Source: an uncultured Candidatus Rokubacteria bacterium (lineage in GTDB: Bacteria; Methylomirabilota; Methylomirabilia; Rokubacteriales; CSP1-6). From it: DNA of 64,000 nt. Below are positions 26,726-36,844 of this stretch, piece by piece. The DNA is taken from positions 768,001 through 832,000 of the forward strand of contig CAVYTA010000006.1 of NCBI GenBank assembly GCA_963771355.1, read 5' to 3'. The position numbers and the translations under genes were made by a program. The notes below the pieces were generated by a model, which was not told the DNA's origin, searched no databases, and saw only the letters and a list, made by a program, of their open reading frames with translations. Within the stretch, counting starts at the first letter, position 1, and every line of letters starts with the position of its first letter.

Positions 26726-29700
26726 ATGTCGCAGATTCCCAAGCGCAGCGCTCGCTTCATGGCGGCCTTTCGCGAGCGCATCCTGGTTCTCGATGGCGCC
26801 ATGGGCACCATGATCCAGGGGCGCAACCTCACCGCCGAGGACTTCGGCGGTCCGCAGATGGAAGGATGCAACGAGAACCTGAATCTCACGCGCCCGGATG
26901 TGATCCAGGCCATCCACGAGGCTTACCTCGACGCCGGCGCGGACATGATCTCGACCAATTCCTTCGGGTGTGCACCCTATGTGCTAGCCGAATATGGCCT
27001 CGCGGACAAGACCGAGGAGATCGCCGCCGCCGCCGCCCGCATTGCCCGAGCCGCCGCCGACGGGCGCTCGACCCCGGAGCGTCCCCGGTTCGTGGTGGGC
27101 GCAATGGGCCCCGGCACGCGCACCATCACGGTCACCGGCGGTGTCACCTTCGACGAGGTGCGCGACGGCTACCACGCCCAGGCCAAAGGGCTGATCGCGG
27201 GCGGTGCGGACGCGCTGCTGCTGGAAACCTGCCAGGACACGCTCAACGTCAAGGCGGCGGCCATCGGGATCCGCCAGGCCATGGGCGAGGCGGGCCTCGA
27301 CCTGCCCTTCATGGTCAGCGGCACCATCGAGCCCATGGGGACCATGCTGGCGGGGCAGGGCGTGGACGCGCTGTACGCCTCGGTCGAGCACCTCGATCTC
27401 TTCTCCATCGGGCTCAACTGCGCCACCGGTCCCGAGTTCATGACCGACCACCTGCGCACGCTCTCGAGCCTCGCCACCTGTCTCGTCAGCGTCTACCCCA
27501 ACGCCGGCCTGCCCGACGAGCTCGGCCAGTACGAGGAGACGCCGGAGAGCCTCGCCCTGAAGATGCGGCGCTTCGTGGACGAGGGCTGGGTGAATCTGGT
27601 CGGAGGCTGCTGCGGGACCACCCCCGCGCACACGCGCGCGCTGGCCCGGCTGGTGCAGGGGAAGCCGCCGCGCCGGCCCGCGGAGCGCCTGGCCGCCGCG
27701 GTGAGCGGTATCGAGGTCGTCTATCCGGGGGATGACAACCGCCCGCTCCTGGTGGGCGAGCGCACCAACGTGATCGGGTCACGCAAGTTCAAGGACCTGA
27801 TCGTGGAGGACAAGTTCGAGGAGGCGGCGGAGGTAGGCCGCGCCCAGGTACGGGGCGGCGGCCAGGTGCTGGATGTGTGCCTCGCCAACCCCGATCGCGA
27901 CGAGAACACCGACATGTTGCGCTTCCTCGACCGGCTCACGCGCAAGGTCAAGGCGCCGCTCATGATCGACTCGACGGACGCCGCCGTGCTCGAGGCGGCC
28001 CTCCGGATGTGCCAGGGCAAGGCCATCGTGAACTCGATCAACCTCGAGGATGGCGAGGAGCGCTTCGAGAAGGTGGTGCCGCTGCTCCGGACCTACGGGG
28101 CCGCCGTGGTGGTGGGCTGCATCGACGAGGACAAGCAGCAGGGGATGGCCGTCACCCGCGAGCGCAAGCTCCAAGTAGCCGAGCGGTCGTTCTCACTGCT
28201 CACCGGGAAATACGGGCTGCCCGCCCGCGACCTCATCTTCGACCCGCTGGTCTTCCCGGTGGGCACCGGCGACGCCAACTACGTGGGCTCCGCGGTGGAG
28301 ACCATCGAGGGGCTGCGCGCCATCAAGGCGCGCTTTCCGGAGTGCCGGACCATCCTGGGCATCTCGAACGTCTCCTTCGGGCTCCCCCCTGCCGGCCGCG
28401 AGGTCCTCAACGCGGTCTTCCTCTACCACTGCACCAAGGCGGGCCTCGACTACGCCATCGTGAACACCGAGCGCCTGGAGCGCTACGCCTCCATTCCCGA
28501 GGAGGAGCGCCGGCTGGCCGAGGACCTCATCTGGATGCGGGGGGCCGACCCGGTGGCCGCCTTCGCCGCCTACTTCCGCGGCAAGAAGAAGGAGCCCCGA
28601 GTGGCCGGGACCGCGCTGCCACTGGACGAGCGCCTGGCCCGCTATATCGTGGAGGGCTCCCGCGACGGGCTGGTGGAAGATCTCGAGACGAAGCGCGGCG
28701 AGGCGGCTCCGCTGGACATCATCAACGGCCCCTTGATGAAGGGCATGGAAGAGGTCGGACGCCTCTTCAACGACAACCAGCTCATCGTGGCCGAGGTGCT
28801 CCAGTCCGCGGAAGCCATGAAGACGGCGGTGGGCCACCTCGAGCAGTTCATGGAGCGGACGGAGAGCGCCACCCGCGGCAGCATCGTGCTCGCCACCGTC
28901 AAGGGCGACGTGCACGATATCGGCAAGAATCTGGTCGAGATCATCTGGAAGAACAACGGCTACCGGATCATCAACCTGGGCATCAAGGTGCCGCCCGAGG
29001 ATCTGATCGCCGCGTATCACGCGCACAAGCCCGATGCCTTCGGGCTGTCCGGGCTCCTCGTGAAGTCCGCTCAGCAGATGGTGCTCACCGCCCAGGACCT
29101 GCGCGCGGCGGGCATCGACATCCCGCTCTTCGTGGGAGGCGCGGCGCTCACCCGGAAGTTCACCGCCACCCGCATCGCGCCCGAGTATCCCGGCGCCACC
29201 ATCTATGCCAAGGACGCGATGGACGGGCTGGACCTGGCCAACCGCCTCTTCGGCGCGACGACGCGGGAGGCGCTCCTCGCCGGCATCGTCGAGCAGCAGG
29301 CGGCGCTCCGGGCGGGGGACGAGGCGCCCGCCTCCGCGGCCGGAGCCGTCGAGCCGCGGCCCGACCGATCGGCGGTGTCTCGCACCGTTCCGGTGCCGCG
29401 GCCGCCGGACCTCGACCTCCACGTATTGCGCGACGTGCCGCTCACTCACGTCTATCCGTACCTCAACCTCCAGATGCTCCTGGGCAAGCATCTGGGCCTC
29501 AAGGGCTCGGTGGCGCGCCTGCTGGAGGAGGGCGACCTCAAGACGGTGGAGCTGCGCGCCATGGTGCAAGCGCTCCAGGATGAGGCCGCCGCGCGCGGTC
29601 TCATCCGCGCCGACGGGCTCTATCGCTTCTACGAGGCCAATGCCGCGGGCAACCGGCTCCTTCTCTACGAGGGCGGCCGCGAGGTTGCCCACTTCGACTT

Positions 29701-30199
29701 TCCCCGCCAGCGGGCGGGCGAGCGTCTTTGCCTCACCGACTACGTACGTGACGTCGACAGCGGAGAGCGCGACCATGTCGCCATCTTCGCCGTCACCTGC
29801 GGCGCGGGGATTCGCACGCAGGCGGAGCAGTGGAAGAACGACGGGCAGTACCTCCGCTCCCACGCGCTGCAGGCCCTGGCCATCGAGTGCGCGGAGGCGT
29901 TCGCGGAGATGCTCCACGCGCGGCTCCGCACCCAGTGGGGCTTCCCCGATCCGCCCGACCTCACCATGGCCGACCGACTCAAGGCGCGCTATCGGGGTCT
30001 GCGGGTGTCCCCGGGGTATCCCGCCTGCCCCGAGCTGACGGACCAGCGCACCATCTTCTCCCTCCTCGGGCCGGAGCGCATCGGGCTCGCTCTCACCGAG
30101 GGCTGCATGATGGATCCGGAGGCGTCCGTGTCGGCGCTCGTCTTCCACCATCCGGAGGCAAAGTATTTCAAGGCCGACGAGGGCGCCGCGTCGGACTGA
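26726..30199 (+). CDS. metH: Cobalamin-dependent methionine synthase
   Basis: LDGAMGTMIQ, LNCATGP, GGCCGT, GERTNV, KGDVHDIGKNLV, SGLL, PGYPACP. Confidence 0.97.
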   Translation: MSQIPKRSARFMAAFRERILVLDGAMGTMIQGRNLTAEDFGGPQMEGCNENLNLTRPDVIQAIHEAYLDAGADMISTNSFGCAPYVLAEYGLADKTEEIAAAAARIARAAADGRSTPERPRFVVGAMGPGTRTITVTGGVTFDEVRDGYHAQAKGLIAGGADALLLETCQDTLNVKAAAIGIRQAMGEAGLDLPFMVSGTIEPMGTMLAGQGVDALYASVEHLDLFSIGLNCATGPEFMTDHLRTLSSLATCLVSVYPNAGLPDELGQYEETPESLALKMRRFVDEGWVNLVGGCCGTTPAHTRALARLVQGKPPRRPAERLAAAVSGIEVVYPGDDNRPLLVGERTNVIGSRKFKDLIVEDKFEEAAEVGRAQVRGGGQVLDVCLANPDRDENTDMLRFLDRLTRKVKAPLMIDSTDAAVLEAALRMCQGKAIVNSINLEDGEERFEKVVPLLRTYGAAVVVGCIDEDKQQGMAVTRERKLQVAERSFSLLTGKYGLPARDLIFDPLVFPVGTGDANYVGSAVETIEGLRAIKARFPECRTILGISNVSFGLPPAGREVLNAVFLYHCTKAGLDYAIVNTERLERYASIPEEERRLAEDLIWMRGADPVAAFAAYFRGKKKEPRVAGTALPLDERLARYIVEGSRDGLVEDLETKRGEAAPLDIINGPLMKGMEEVGRLFNDNQLIVAEVLQSAEAMKTAVGHLEQFMERTESATRGSIVLATVKGDVHDIGKNLVEIIWKNNGYRIINLGIKVPPEDLIAAYHAHKPDAFGLSGLLVKSAQQMVLTAQDLRAAGIDIPLFVGGAALTRKFTATRIAPEYPGATIYAKDAMDGLDLANRLFGATTREALLAGIVEQQAALRAGDEAPASAAGAVEPRPDRSAVSRTVPVPRPPDLDLHVLRDVPLTHVYPYLNLQMLLGKHLGLKGSVARLLEEGDLKTVELRAMVQALQDEAAARGLIRADGLYRFYEANAAGNRLLLYEGGREVAHFDFPRQRAGERLCLTDYVRDVDSGERDHVAIFAVTCGAGIRTQAEQWKNDGQYLRSHALQALAIECAEAFAEMLHARLRTQWGFPDPPDLTMADRLKARYRGLRVSPGYPACPELTDQRTIFSLLGPERIGLALTEGCMMDPEASVSALVFHHPEAKYFKADEGAASD

Positions 30200-30842
30200 T
30201 GGTGGCGACCGCGGTGGAGGGCGTCAGCCCGCGCTTCCTCTCGCTCCTGTCCCAGGAAGATCTTGCCGCGCGGCGCGTCCTCGACGTGGGCTGCGGGGCG
30301 GGCCGCGTCGCGCTGGCGCTCGCGCCGGCCGCTCACTGGGTGGTCGGGCTCGACCGGGAAAACGACCTGATCGCGGAGGCCCGGGGGCGGGCGGAGCGGG
30401 CCGGGCTCGCCAATGTCGAGTTCCACGTGGCCGACGTGGAAAAGGAGGACTATCACTCCTGGGACCCCGGCCTCGTCACTGCCCACCTCATTGCGTCGGA
30501 CGCCATCATCGAGCGGTCGGGCCGCGCGCTTCCCTCCGGGGGATGCCTCGCCATGGTCGCCTTCCACGTGGACCAGTGGCGCGAGACCGGCAAGGTCTCA
30601 CGCTTCGCCTATGACGAGGACCGCATGCGCGCGGCGCTCGAGCGCGCCGGCTTCTCGGTGGAAGCCCTCGAGGTGGAGCGGTCGGTGCAACGCTTCGAAT
30701 CGGTGGAGGAGGCGCTGGCGGCGGCGGTGGGACTGCAGGAGCGCTGGCGCGCCGACGGCCGGTGGTTCCGCTATATCGAGTTCCTGGAGTCCGGCGGACG
30801 TACGCTGACTCGCAGCCACCTCATCGTGAAGGCGCGCCGGCC

Positions 30843-30846
<4 letters not shown>
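30199..30846 (+). CDS. Class I SAM-dependent methyltransferase
   Basis: VLDVGCGAG motif I; TGATG-coupled to metH. Confidence 0.85.
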
Positions 30847-31792
<946 letters not shown>

Positions 31793-31796
<4 letters not shown>

Positions 31797-32365
31797 TCGG
31801 CGCCGTCACCGTCTTCTGCGGCTCCAGCGACCGCGTGGCGGCCGCCTACTTCGAGGCCGCCCGCGAGCTGGGCGAAAAGCTCGCGCGGCGGCGATGGCGG
31901 CTCATCTACGGCGGGGGTGGGCTGGGCCTCATGGGCGCGCTGGCCCGCGCGGTGCTCGGCGCCGGCGGTGAGGTGGTCGGCGTCATTCCCAAGGCGCTGC
32001 TGGATCTCGGGGTGGGGGAGGACACGGTGACCGAGCTCATGGTCACCGAGGGCCTGCGCGACCGGAAAGCCATCATGGACACGCGGGGCGACGCGTTCGT
32101 GGCCCTGCCCGGCGGCCTGGGTACCCTCGAGGAAATCCTCGAGGTCATGGCGCTCAAGCAGCTCGGCTATCACCGGAAGCCCATCGCCGTCCTGGACCTC
32201 GACGGCTTCTATCAGCCACTGTGGGGCCAGATCCAGCGGGGCATCGACACGGGCTTCATCAAGCCCGAGTATCTCGATCTCTGGTATCCGGCCCCGGACG
32301 TGGACGCGTTGCTTCGCTACCTCGAGGGGTATGCTCCCCACGGCTATGGCGCCAAGTGGCCCTGA
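31793..32365 (+). CDS. LOG family nucleotide phosphoribohydrolase (TIGR00730-like)
   Basis: VFCGSS, YGGGGLGLMG, RKAIM, PGGLGTLEE. Confidence 0.92.
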
Positions 32366-32409
32366 CCTCGGACGGCCGTGCTACAATTTCGACGGTCAGG
32401 AGGAGAGTC

Positions 32410-32958
32410 ATGGCCATTCTCAAGGTCGCCCGTCTCGGTCATCCCGTGCTGCGTCAGGTGGCCGAACCCATCGATGTCGATGCCATCCGCTCGCCCGAGA
32501 CCCAGCGGCTCGTGGACGATCTCATCGAGACCATGCGCGAGTACAACGGAGCCGGCCTCGCCGCCACCCAGGTGCACGTGCCCATGCAGGTGTGCGTCAT
32601 CGAGGTGAAGGACAATCCCCGATATCCCGACGCGGAGTCCGTCCCGCTCACCGTTCTCATCAATCCCGTGGTGACCCCGCTCACCGCCGAGATGGAAGAG
32701 GGGTGGGAAGGGTGTCTCTCGGTGCCCGACATGCGCGGCGTCGTTCCCCGCTACACGGCAGTGCGTCTCGAGGCGTATGACCGCGAAGCGAACCGGATCG
32801 ACATGGTCGCCAAGGAGTTCTTCGCGCGCGTGATCCAGCACGAGACCGATCACCTGCGCGGATTGGTCTACCTCGACCGGATGAAGGACCTCTCGACCCT
32901 CACCCACCTGGCGGAGTGGAACAAGTACTGGATGGGGCTCGAGGAGCAGGACGACTAG
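32410..32958 (+). CDS. def: Peptide deformylase
   Basis: GAGLAATQ, EGCLSV, QHETDHL; AGGAGG SD; TGcTACAAT -10 upstream. Confidence 0.95.
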   Translation: MAILKVARLGHPVLRQVAEPIDVDAIRSPETQRLVDDLIETMREYNGAGLAATQVHVPMQVCVIEVKDNPRYPDAESVPLTVLINPVVTPLTAEMEEGWEGCLSVPDMRGVVPRYTAVRLEAYDREANRIDMVAKEFFARVIQHETDHLRGLVYLDRMKDLSTLTHLAEWNKYWMGLEEQDD

Positions 32959-32961
32959 GGA

Positions 32962-33318
32962 GTGAGGCGCGTGGTGGCGGTGGTGAAGGACCTCTTCTTC
33001 GTGGCCCGCATCCGGGAGACGGCGAAGCTGGTCGGCACCCCGCTCGGCTTCGCGCGCAGTCCTGAGGAGCTCACCGCCGCGCTCGAGGGCGAGCCCCCCG
33101 GCCTGGTGATCATCGACCTCACCACCCCGGGGTGGGATCACGCGGCGCTCCTGGCCACGGTGGCGGCCCGGGCTCCGGGCGTCCCGGTGCTGGGTTACAC
33201 CACCCATGTCCTCGCGCGCCAGACCCAGCCGCTCCACGATCGCTGCGATCGCGTGGTCACCAAGGAAACGTTGACCCAGGAGCTCCCCCAGATCCTCCGG
33301 GAGGGCGTGCCCGCATGA
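32962..33318 (+). CDS. Atypical single-domain receiver-like protein
   Basis: VVAVVKDLFF...LVIIDL...VLGYTTHV, CheY-like alpha/beta pattern; GGGA SD. Confidence 0.65.
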   Translation: MRRVVAVVKDLFFVARIRETAKLVGTPLGFARSPEELTAALEGEPPGLVIIDLTTPGWDHAALLATVAARAPGVPVLGYTTHVLARQTQPLHDRCDRVVTKETLTQELPQILREGVPA

Positions 33319-33974
33319 CTGCTCAAGAGTTCGTGCAGGCCCTCGACCGGGAGAACCAGGCGCTGCTCCGGCGGCTCGAGCCCGAGGCCACGCTCAAGCC
33401 CGAGGTCGAGGGCAGCCTCACCGTGCTGAACCTCCTGAAGGTGGCGCTCAAGAACGAGGTGGAGGCCACCGAGATCGCCGCGCGCTGGCTGGTGCGGACC
33501 GACGACGTCGACGTGAAGCTGGCCTTCGCCCGGCAGGCCGGGGACGAAGCCAAGCATTACCGCTTGATCGCGGACCGCCTGCGCGAGCTGGGCTTCGATG
33601 CCAGCGGCTTCGATCCCCTCGCCAAGGGCTATGGTCCGCTCTTCCAGTACCTCGACTCGCTCGAGACCACGGTGGAGCGCGTGGCCGCGGGCCAGTTCAC
33701 CCGCGAGGCCATCGCGGTGGTGAAGAACCGCCAGTTCATCGAGTTCTGCGAGCGGGCAGGGGACGACGCCACCGCCGCCCTCTATCGGCAGACCATCGAG
33801 CCGGACGAGCGCTTCCACCACGAGCTGGGCCGGCGGCTCCTGCTCCGCTTCGCCACCAGCCCGGAAGCGCAGGAGGCCGCCCGCCGCGCGGCGGCCCGGA
33901 CGCTCTCGCTCGCGGAGGAGCTCCAGACGGCGGCGCTCCGCACCGCGGGCATCCACCACGCCCCGGGTTGCTGA
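33315..33974 (+). CDS. Ferritin-like (di-iron carboxylate) domain protein
   Basis: NEVEA...DEAKH...REAIA...DERFH: two E/ExxH ligand sets. Confidence 0.82.
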   Translation: MTAQEFVQALDRENQALLRRLEPEATLKPEVEGSLTVLNLLKVALKNEVEATEIAARWLVRTDDVDVKLAFARQAGDEAKHYRLIADRLRELGFDASGFDPLAKGYGPLFQYLDSLETTVERVAAGQFTREAIAVVKNRQFIEFCERAGDDATAALYRQTIEPDERFHHELGRRLLLRFATSPEAQEAARRAAARTLSLAEELQTAALRTAGIHHAPGC

Positions 33975-34807
33975 TGAGCGCGGAACCGTCGCTCACCGCC
34001 TGGGCCGCCGAGGTCGAGCGCCCCGACACCGACATCAATCTCTCGCGCGCCGCGCTGGCGCTCTCTCGCATGGAGTATCCCGAGCTGGACGCCGAGCGAT
34101 ATCTGCGCCGGCTCGACGGGCTGGCGGCGGACGTGGCGAGCCATCCGGGCGGCGGGACTCCCCTCGAGCGCCTGCACCGGTTGCGGGAGTATCTCTTTGC
34201 CGAGCAGGGCTTCAAGGGAAATCGCGACGACTATTTCGACCCGCGGAACAGCTTTCTTTCCGACGTGCTGGACCGTCGGGTGGGAATTCCCATCTCGCTG
34301 TCCCTCGTCCTCATCGAGGTGGGAAAGCGGCTCGACCTTCCCATGGAAGGCATCGGGCTGCCCGGTCACTTCATCACCGGCGTACGGCTCGACGAGTCGC
34401 CGATCCTGCTCGATCCCTTCCACGGCGGGGCCATCCTGACGCCGGAGAGCTGCCGGGAGGTGGTGTCGCGCGCACTCGGCAAGCGTGTCCGCCTCACCGA
34501 GGCGTCCTTCGTGCCGGTAGGCGACCGCCAGTTCCTCACCCGCATGCTCGCGAACCTCAAGGCCATCTACTGGCGTCGGGAAGACTGGCCCCGGGCGGTG
34601 GCGGTGAGCGACCGGATGCTCATCCTCGATCCCGCGTCCGGGGTCGAGCGACGCGACCGCGGCATCGCGCTGGCCAAGGCGGGGGACTATCGCCGCGGCC
34701 TCGCCGACTGGGAGCGCTACGTCACGGAGTTCCCCGACGCTCCTGACAACGCCGAGATGCGCGGGCATCTCCGCCACATCCGCCAGAAGCTCTCCGAGCT
34801 GAACTGA
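33974..34807 (+). CDS. SirB1 family protein (transglutaminase-like core plus TPR)
   Basis: GFKGNRDDYFDPRNSFLSDVLDRRVGIPISL, GLPGHF, RMLANLK, ERRDRG. Confidence 0.9.
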   Translation: MSAEPSLTAWAAEVERPDTDINLSRAALALSRMEYPELDAERYLRRLDGLAADVASHPGGGTPLERLHRLREYLFAEQGFKGNRDDYFDPRNSFLSDVLDRRVGIPISLSLVLIEVGKRLDLPMEGIGLPGHFITGVRLDESPILLDPFHGGAILTPESCREVVSRALGKRVRLTEASFVPVGDRQFLTRMLANLKAIYWRREDWPRAVAVSDRMLILDPASGVERRDRGIALAKAGDYRRGLADWERYVTEFPDAPDNAEMRGHLRHIRQKLSELN

Positions 34808-34815
34808 GGCCTCCG

Positions 34816-35544
34816 GTGCGCGTCCGCGGAGGTCCCAATGTCTTCGGCTTCTCGGTCGGCATCCTCATGCTGGATACTCGCTTCCCGCGCATCCCCGGGG
34901 ACATGGGCAATGCCGGGACCTTCGACTTCCCCGTGCGCTATCACCGGGTGGACGGGGCGTCTCCCGACAAGGTGGTGCGGGGCGGCCACCGGACGCTGCT
35001 GCCCTCCTTCATCGAGGGCGCGCGCCTTCTCGAGCGCGAGGGGGTCCGGGCCATCACTACCAACTGCGGCTTCCTCGCCAAGTTCCAGGGCGAGATGGCG
35101 GCGGCGGTGTCGGTGCCCGTCTTCACGTCGAGCCTCATGCTCGTGCCGCTGGTCCACCGCATGCTGCCCCCCGGGCGCGCGGTGGGCATCATGACCGTGG
35201 ACGCCTCCTCGCTCCGGCCGGAGCACTACGCGGGGGCGGGGATCGGTTCCGACATTCCCACCGTGGTGGCGGGGCTCGAGACGGAAAAAGAGTTCACCCG
35301 GGTGATGCTCGACAATCTGCTCGAGCTGGACGTCGAGGCCGCGCGCCAGGAGCATCTCACCGTGGCGCGGCGGCTCGTGGCGGAGCACCCGGAGATCGGC
35401 GCGCTCGTGCTCGAGTGCACCAATATGCCGCCGTACCGCGCGGATATCCAGCACGCCACGGGGCTCCCCGTCTTCGACATCACGACGTTGGTGACGATGG
35501 TGCATGACGCCGTGCGCGACGGGCTGCCGCCCCGGCCCGCATGA
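34816..35544 (+). CDS. Aspartate/glutamate/hydantoin racemase family protein
   Basis: FPRIPGDMGN, TTNCGF and LECTNMPPY (two catalytic Cys). Confidence 0.88.
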   Translation: MRVRGGPNVFGFSVGILMLDTRFPRIPGDMGNAGTFDFPVRYHRVDGASPDKVVRGGHRTLLPSFIEGARLLEREGVRAITTNCGFLAKFQGEMAAAVSVPVFTSSLMLVPLVHRMLPPGRAVGIMTVDASSLRPEHYAGAGIGSDIPTVVAGLETEKEFTRVMLDNLLELDVEAARQEHLTVARRLVAEHPEIGALVLECTNMPPYRADIQHATGLPVFDITTLVTMVHDAVRDGLPPRPA

Positions 35545-35580
35545 CCTTTGACCCACACCTTTGACAGGAGGCTCATCCCG

Positions 35581-36591
35581 ATGGTCAAGAAGACGTCTAC
35601 CGTGCTTGGCGCGATCGCGCTCCTGGCCGCGTCCGCCCTGCCCGCCCTCGCGCAGCAGTCCCTCACGTGGACCGCGGGCGCGGTGGGCGGCGGCTGGTAC
35701 ACCATCTCCGGGGGCATGGCGGAGCTGATGCGCGAGAAGGCCGGACTCAATATCAAGGTGGTGCCGGGCGGCGGGACCCAGAACCCCGTGCTGGTGCAGT
35801 CCGGTGAGGCCGAGATCGGGATGGGGCTGCCGCCGCTGCTCGGGGCGGCCTTTCGCGGTGAGGACCCGTATACCGGCAAAGCGATGCCCGACCTCCGCGC
35901 CATCGCCGGCAATATGAGCCTCAACACCTTTCACTTCTACGTCGCCAACGACTCACCCTACGCCAAGATGAGCATGGAGGAGATCATCAAGGGCAAGAAG
36001 CCCATCCGCCTTGCCATCTCCAAGCCGGGCTCGTCCGACGTGTGGGTGTTCGAGAAGGTGATGGTGCACTACGGCCTCTGCTCGGGCGCCAAGATCGAGG
36101 ACTGCTACAAGGCCTGGGAAGCGGCGGGGGCGAAGTTCTTCCGCGGCTCCTATTCCGAGCAGTCGGGCGCCTTCAAGGACCGGAACGTGGATGGGACCTT
36201 CACCTTCCTCGCGCTGCCCGGCGCCTCCATCACCGAGGCCTCGGTGGGCCGCGATTTGAAGCTCCTGGCCTTTCCCAAGCCCTTGCTCGAGTACCTCGGC
36301 AAGTTCGGGCTGGGGGAGGGCGTGATTCCCGCCGGCACCTATCCCAAGGCAGCCAACGGCAACGAGCCGGTGGTGTCGGCCACCATGGGCACGACCATCA
36401 CGGTATCCACCAAGATGTCCAACGACACCGCCTACACCCTGGCCAAGACCCTGAACGAGAACGTGGACCGGGTGCGGAAGATCCACGGCAGCCTCGCCGA
36501 CTACGAGCCCTCCAAGGGCCATCTTTTCCTGGGGGTGGCGCTCCACCCCGGCGCCGAGCGCTACTACAAGGAAAAGGGCTGGGTGAAGTAG
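35581..36591 (+). CDS. TAXI-family TRAP transporter solute-binding protein
   Basis: Signal peptide, AGAVGGGWY, GGGTQN, IPAGTYP, LHPGAERYYKE; AGGAGG SD. Confidence 0.92.
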   Translation: MVKKTSTVLGAIALLAASALPALAQQSLTWTAGAVGGGWYTISGGMAELMREKAGLNIKVVPGGGTQNPVLVQSGEAEIGMGLPPLLGAAFRGEDPYTGKAMPDLRAIAGNMSLNTFHFYVANDSPYAKMSMEEIIKGKKPIRLAISKPGSSDVWVFEKVMVHYGLCSGAKIEDCYKAWEAAGAKFFRGSYSEQSGAFKDRNVDGTFTFLALPGASITEASVGRDLKLLAFPKPLLEYLGKFGLGEGVIPAGTYPKAANGNEPVVSATMGTTITVSTKMSNDTAYTLAKTLNENVDRVRKIHGSLADYEPSKGHLFLGVALHPGAERYYKEKGWVK

Positions 36592-36844
36592 CGAGCCGAC
36601 ACGGAGTCCCTCGCTCGGACTCGCGATCCCGCAATCGCTGCTCGTGCGGGCGGACCGGCTGATTCAGCGATCGGCTAGTATGCGCCTCGCGGGAGCGCGG
36701 TCTCCCCCTACTTTTTCCGGATCATTGAGATCGACGTCGTAGAGGGAATCATGCGCGCTACCCGGCGCCACGTAAGATCACGAGTACAATCCCGGGCACG
36801 AGTGCAGGGTCGGATGCTATCCTCGCCGCTCGGGAGACGACGAA

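Noticed and set aside
33960..33977. Selenocysteine read-through at PGC-TGA-TGA of the ferritin-like gene
   Set aside because: The TGA is part of a TGATG overlap that starts SirB1, and I saw no convincing SECIS hairpin; an ordinary stop explains it
36664..36771. Small antisense ORF (about 35 aa) in the TAXI-permease spacer
   Set aside because: No SD, atypical codon usage and no recognisable motif
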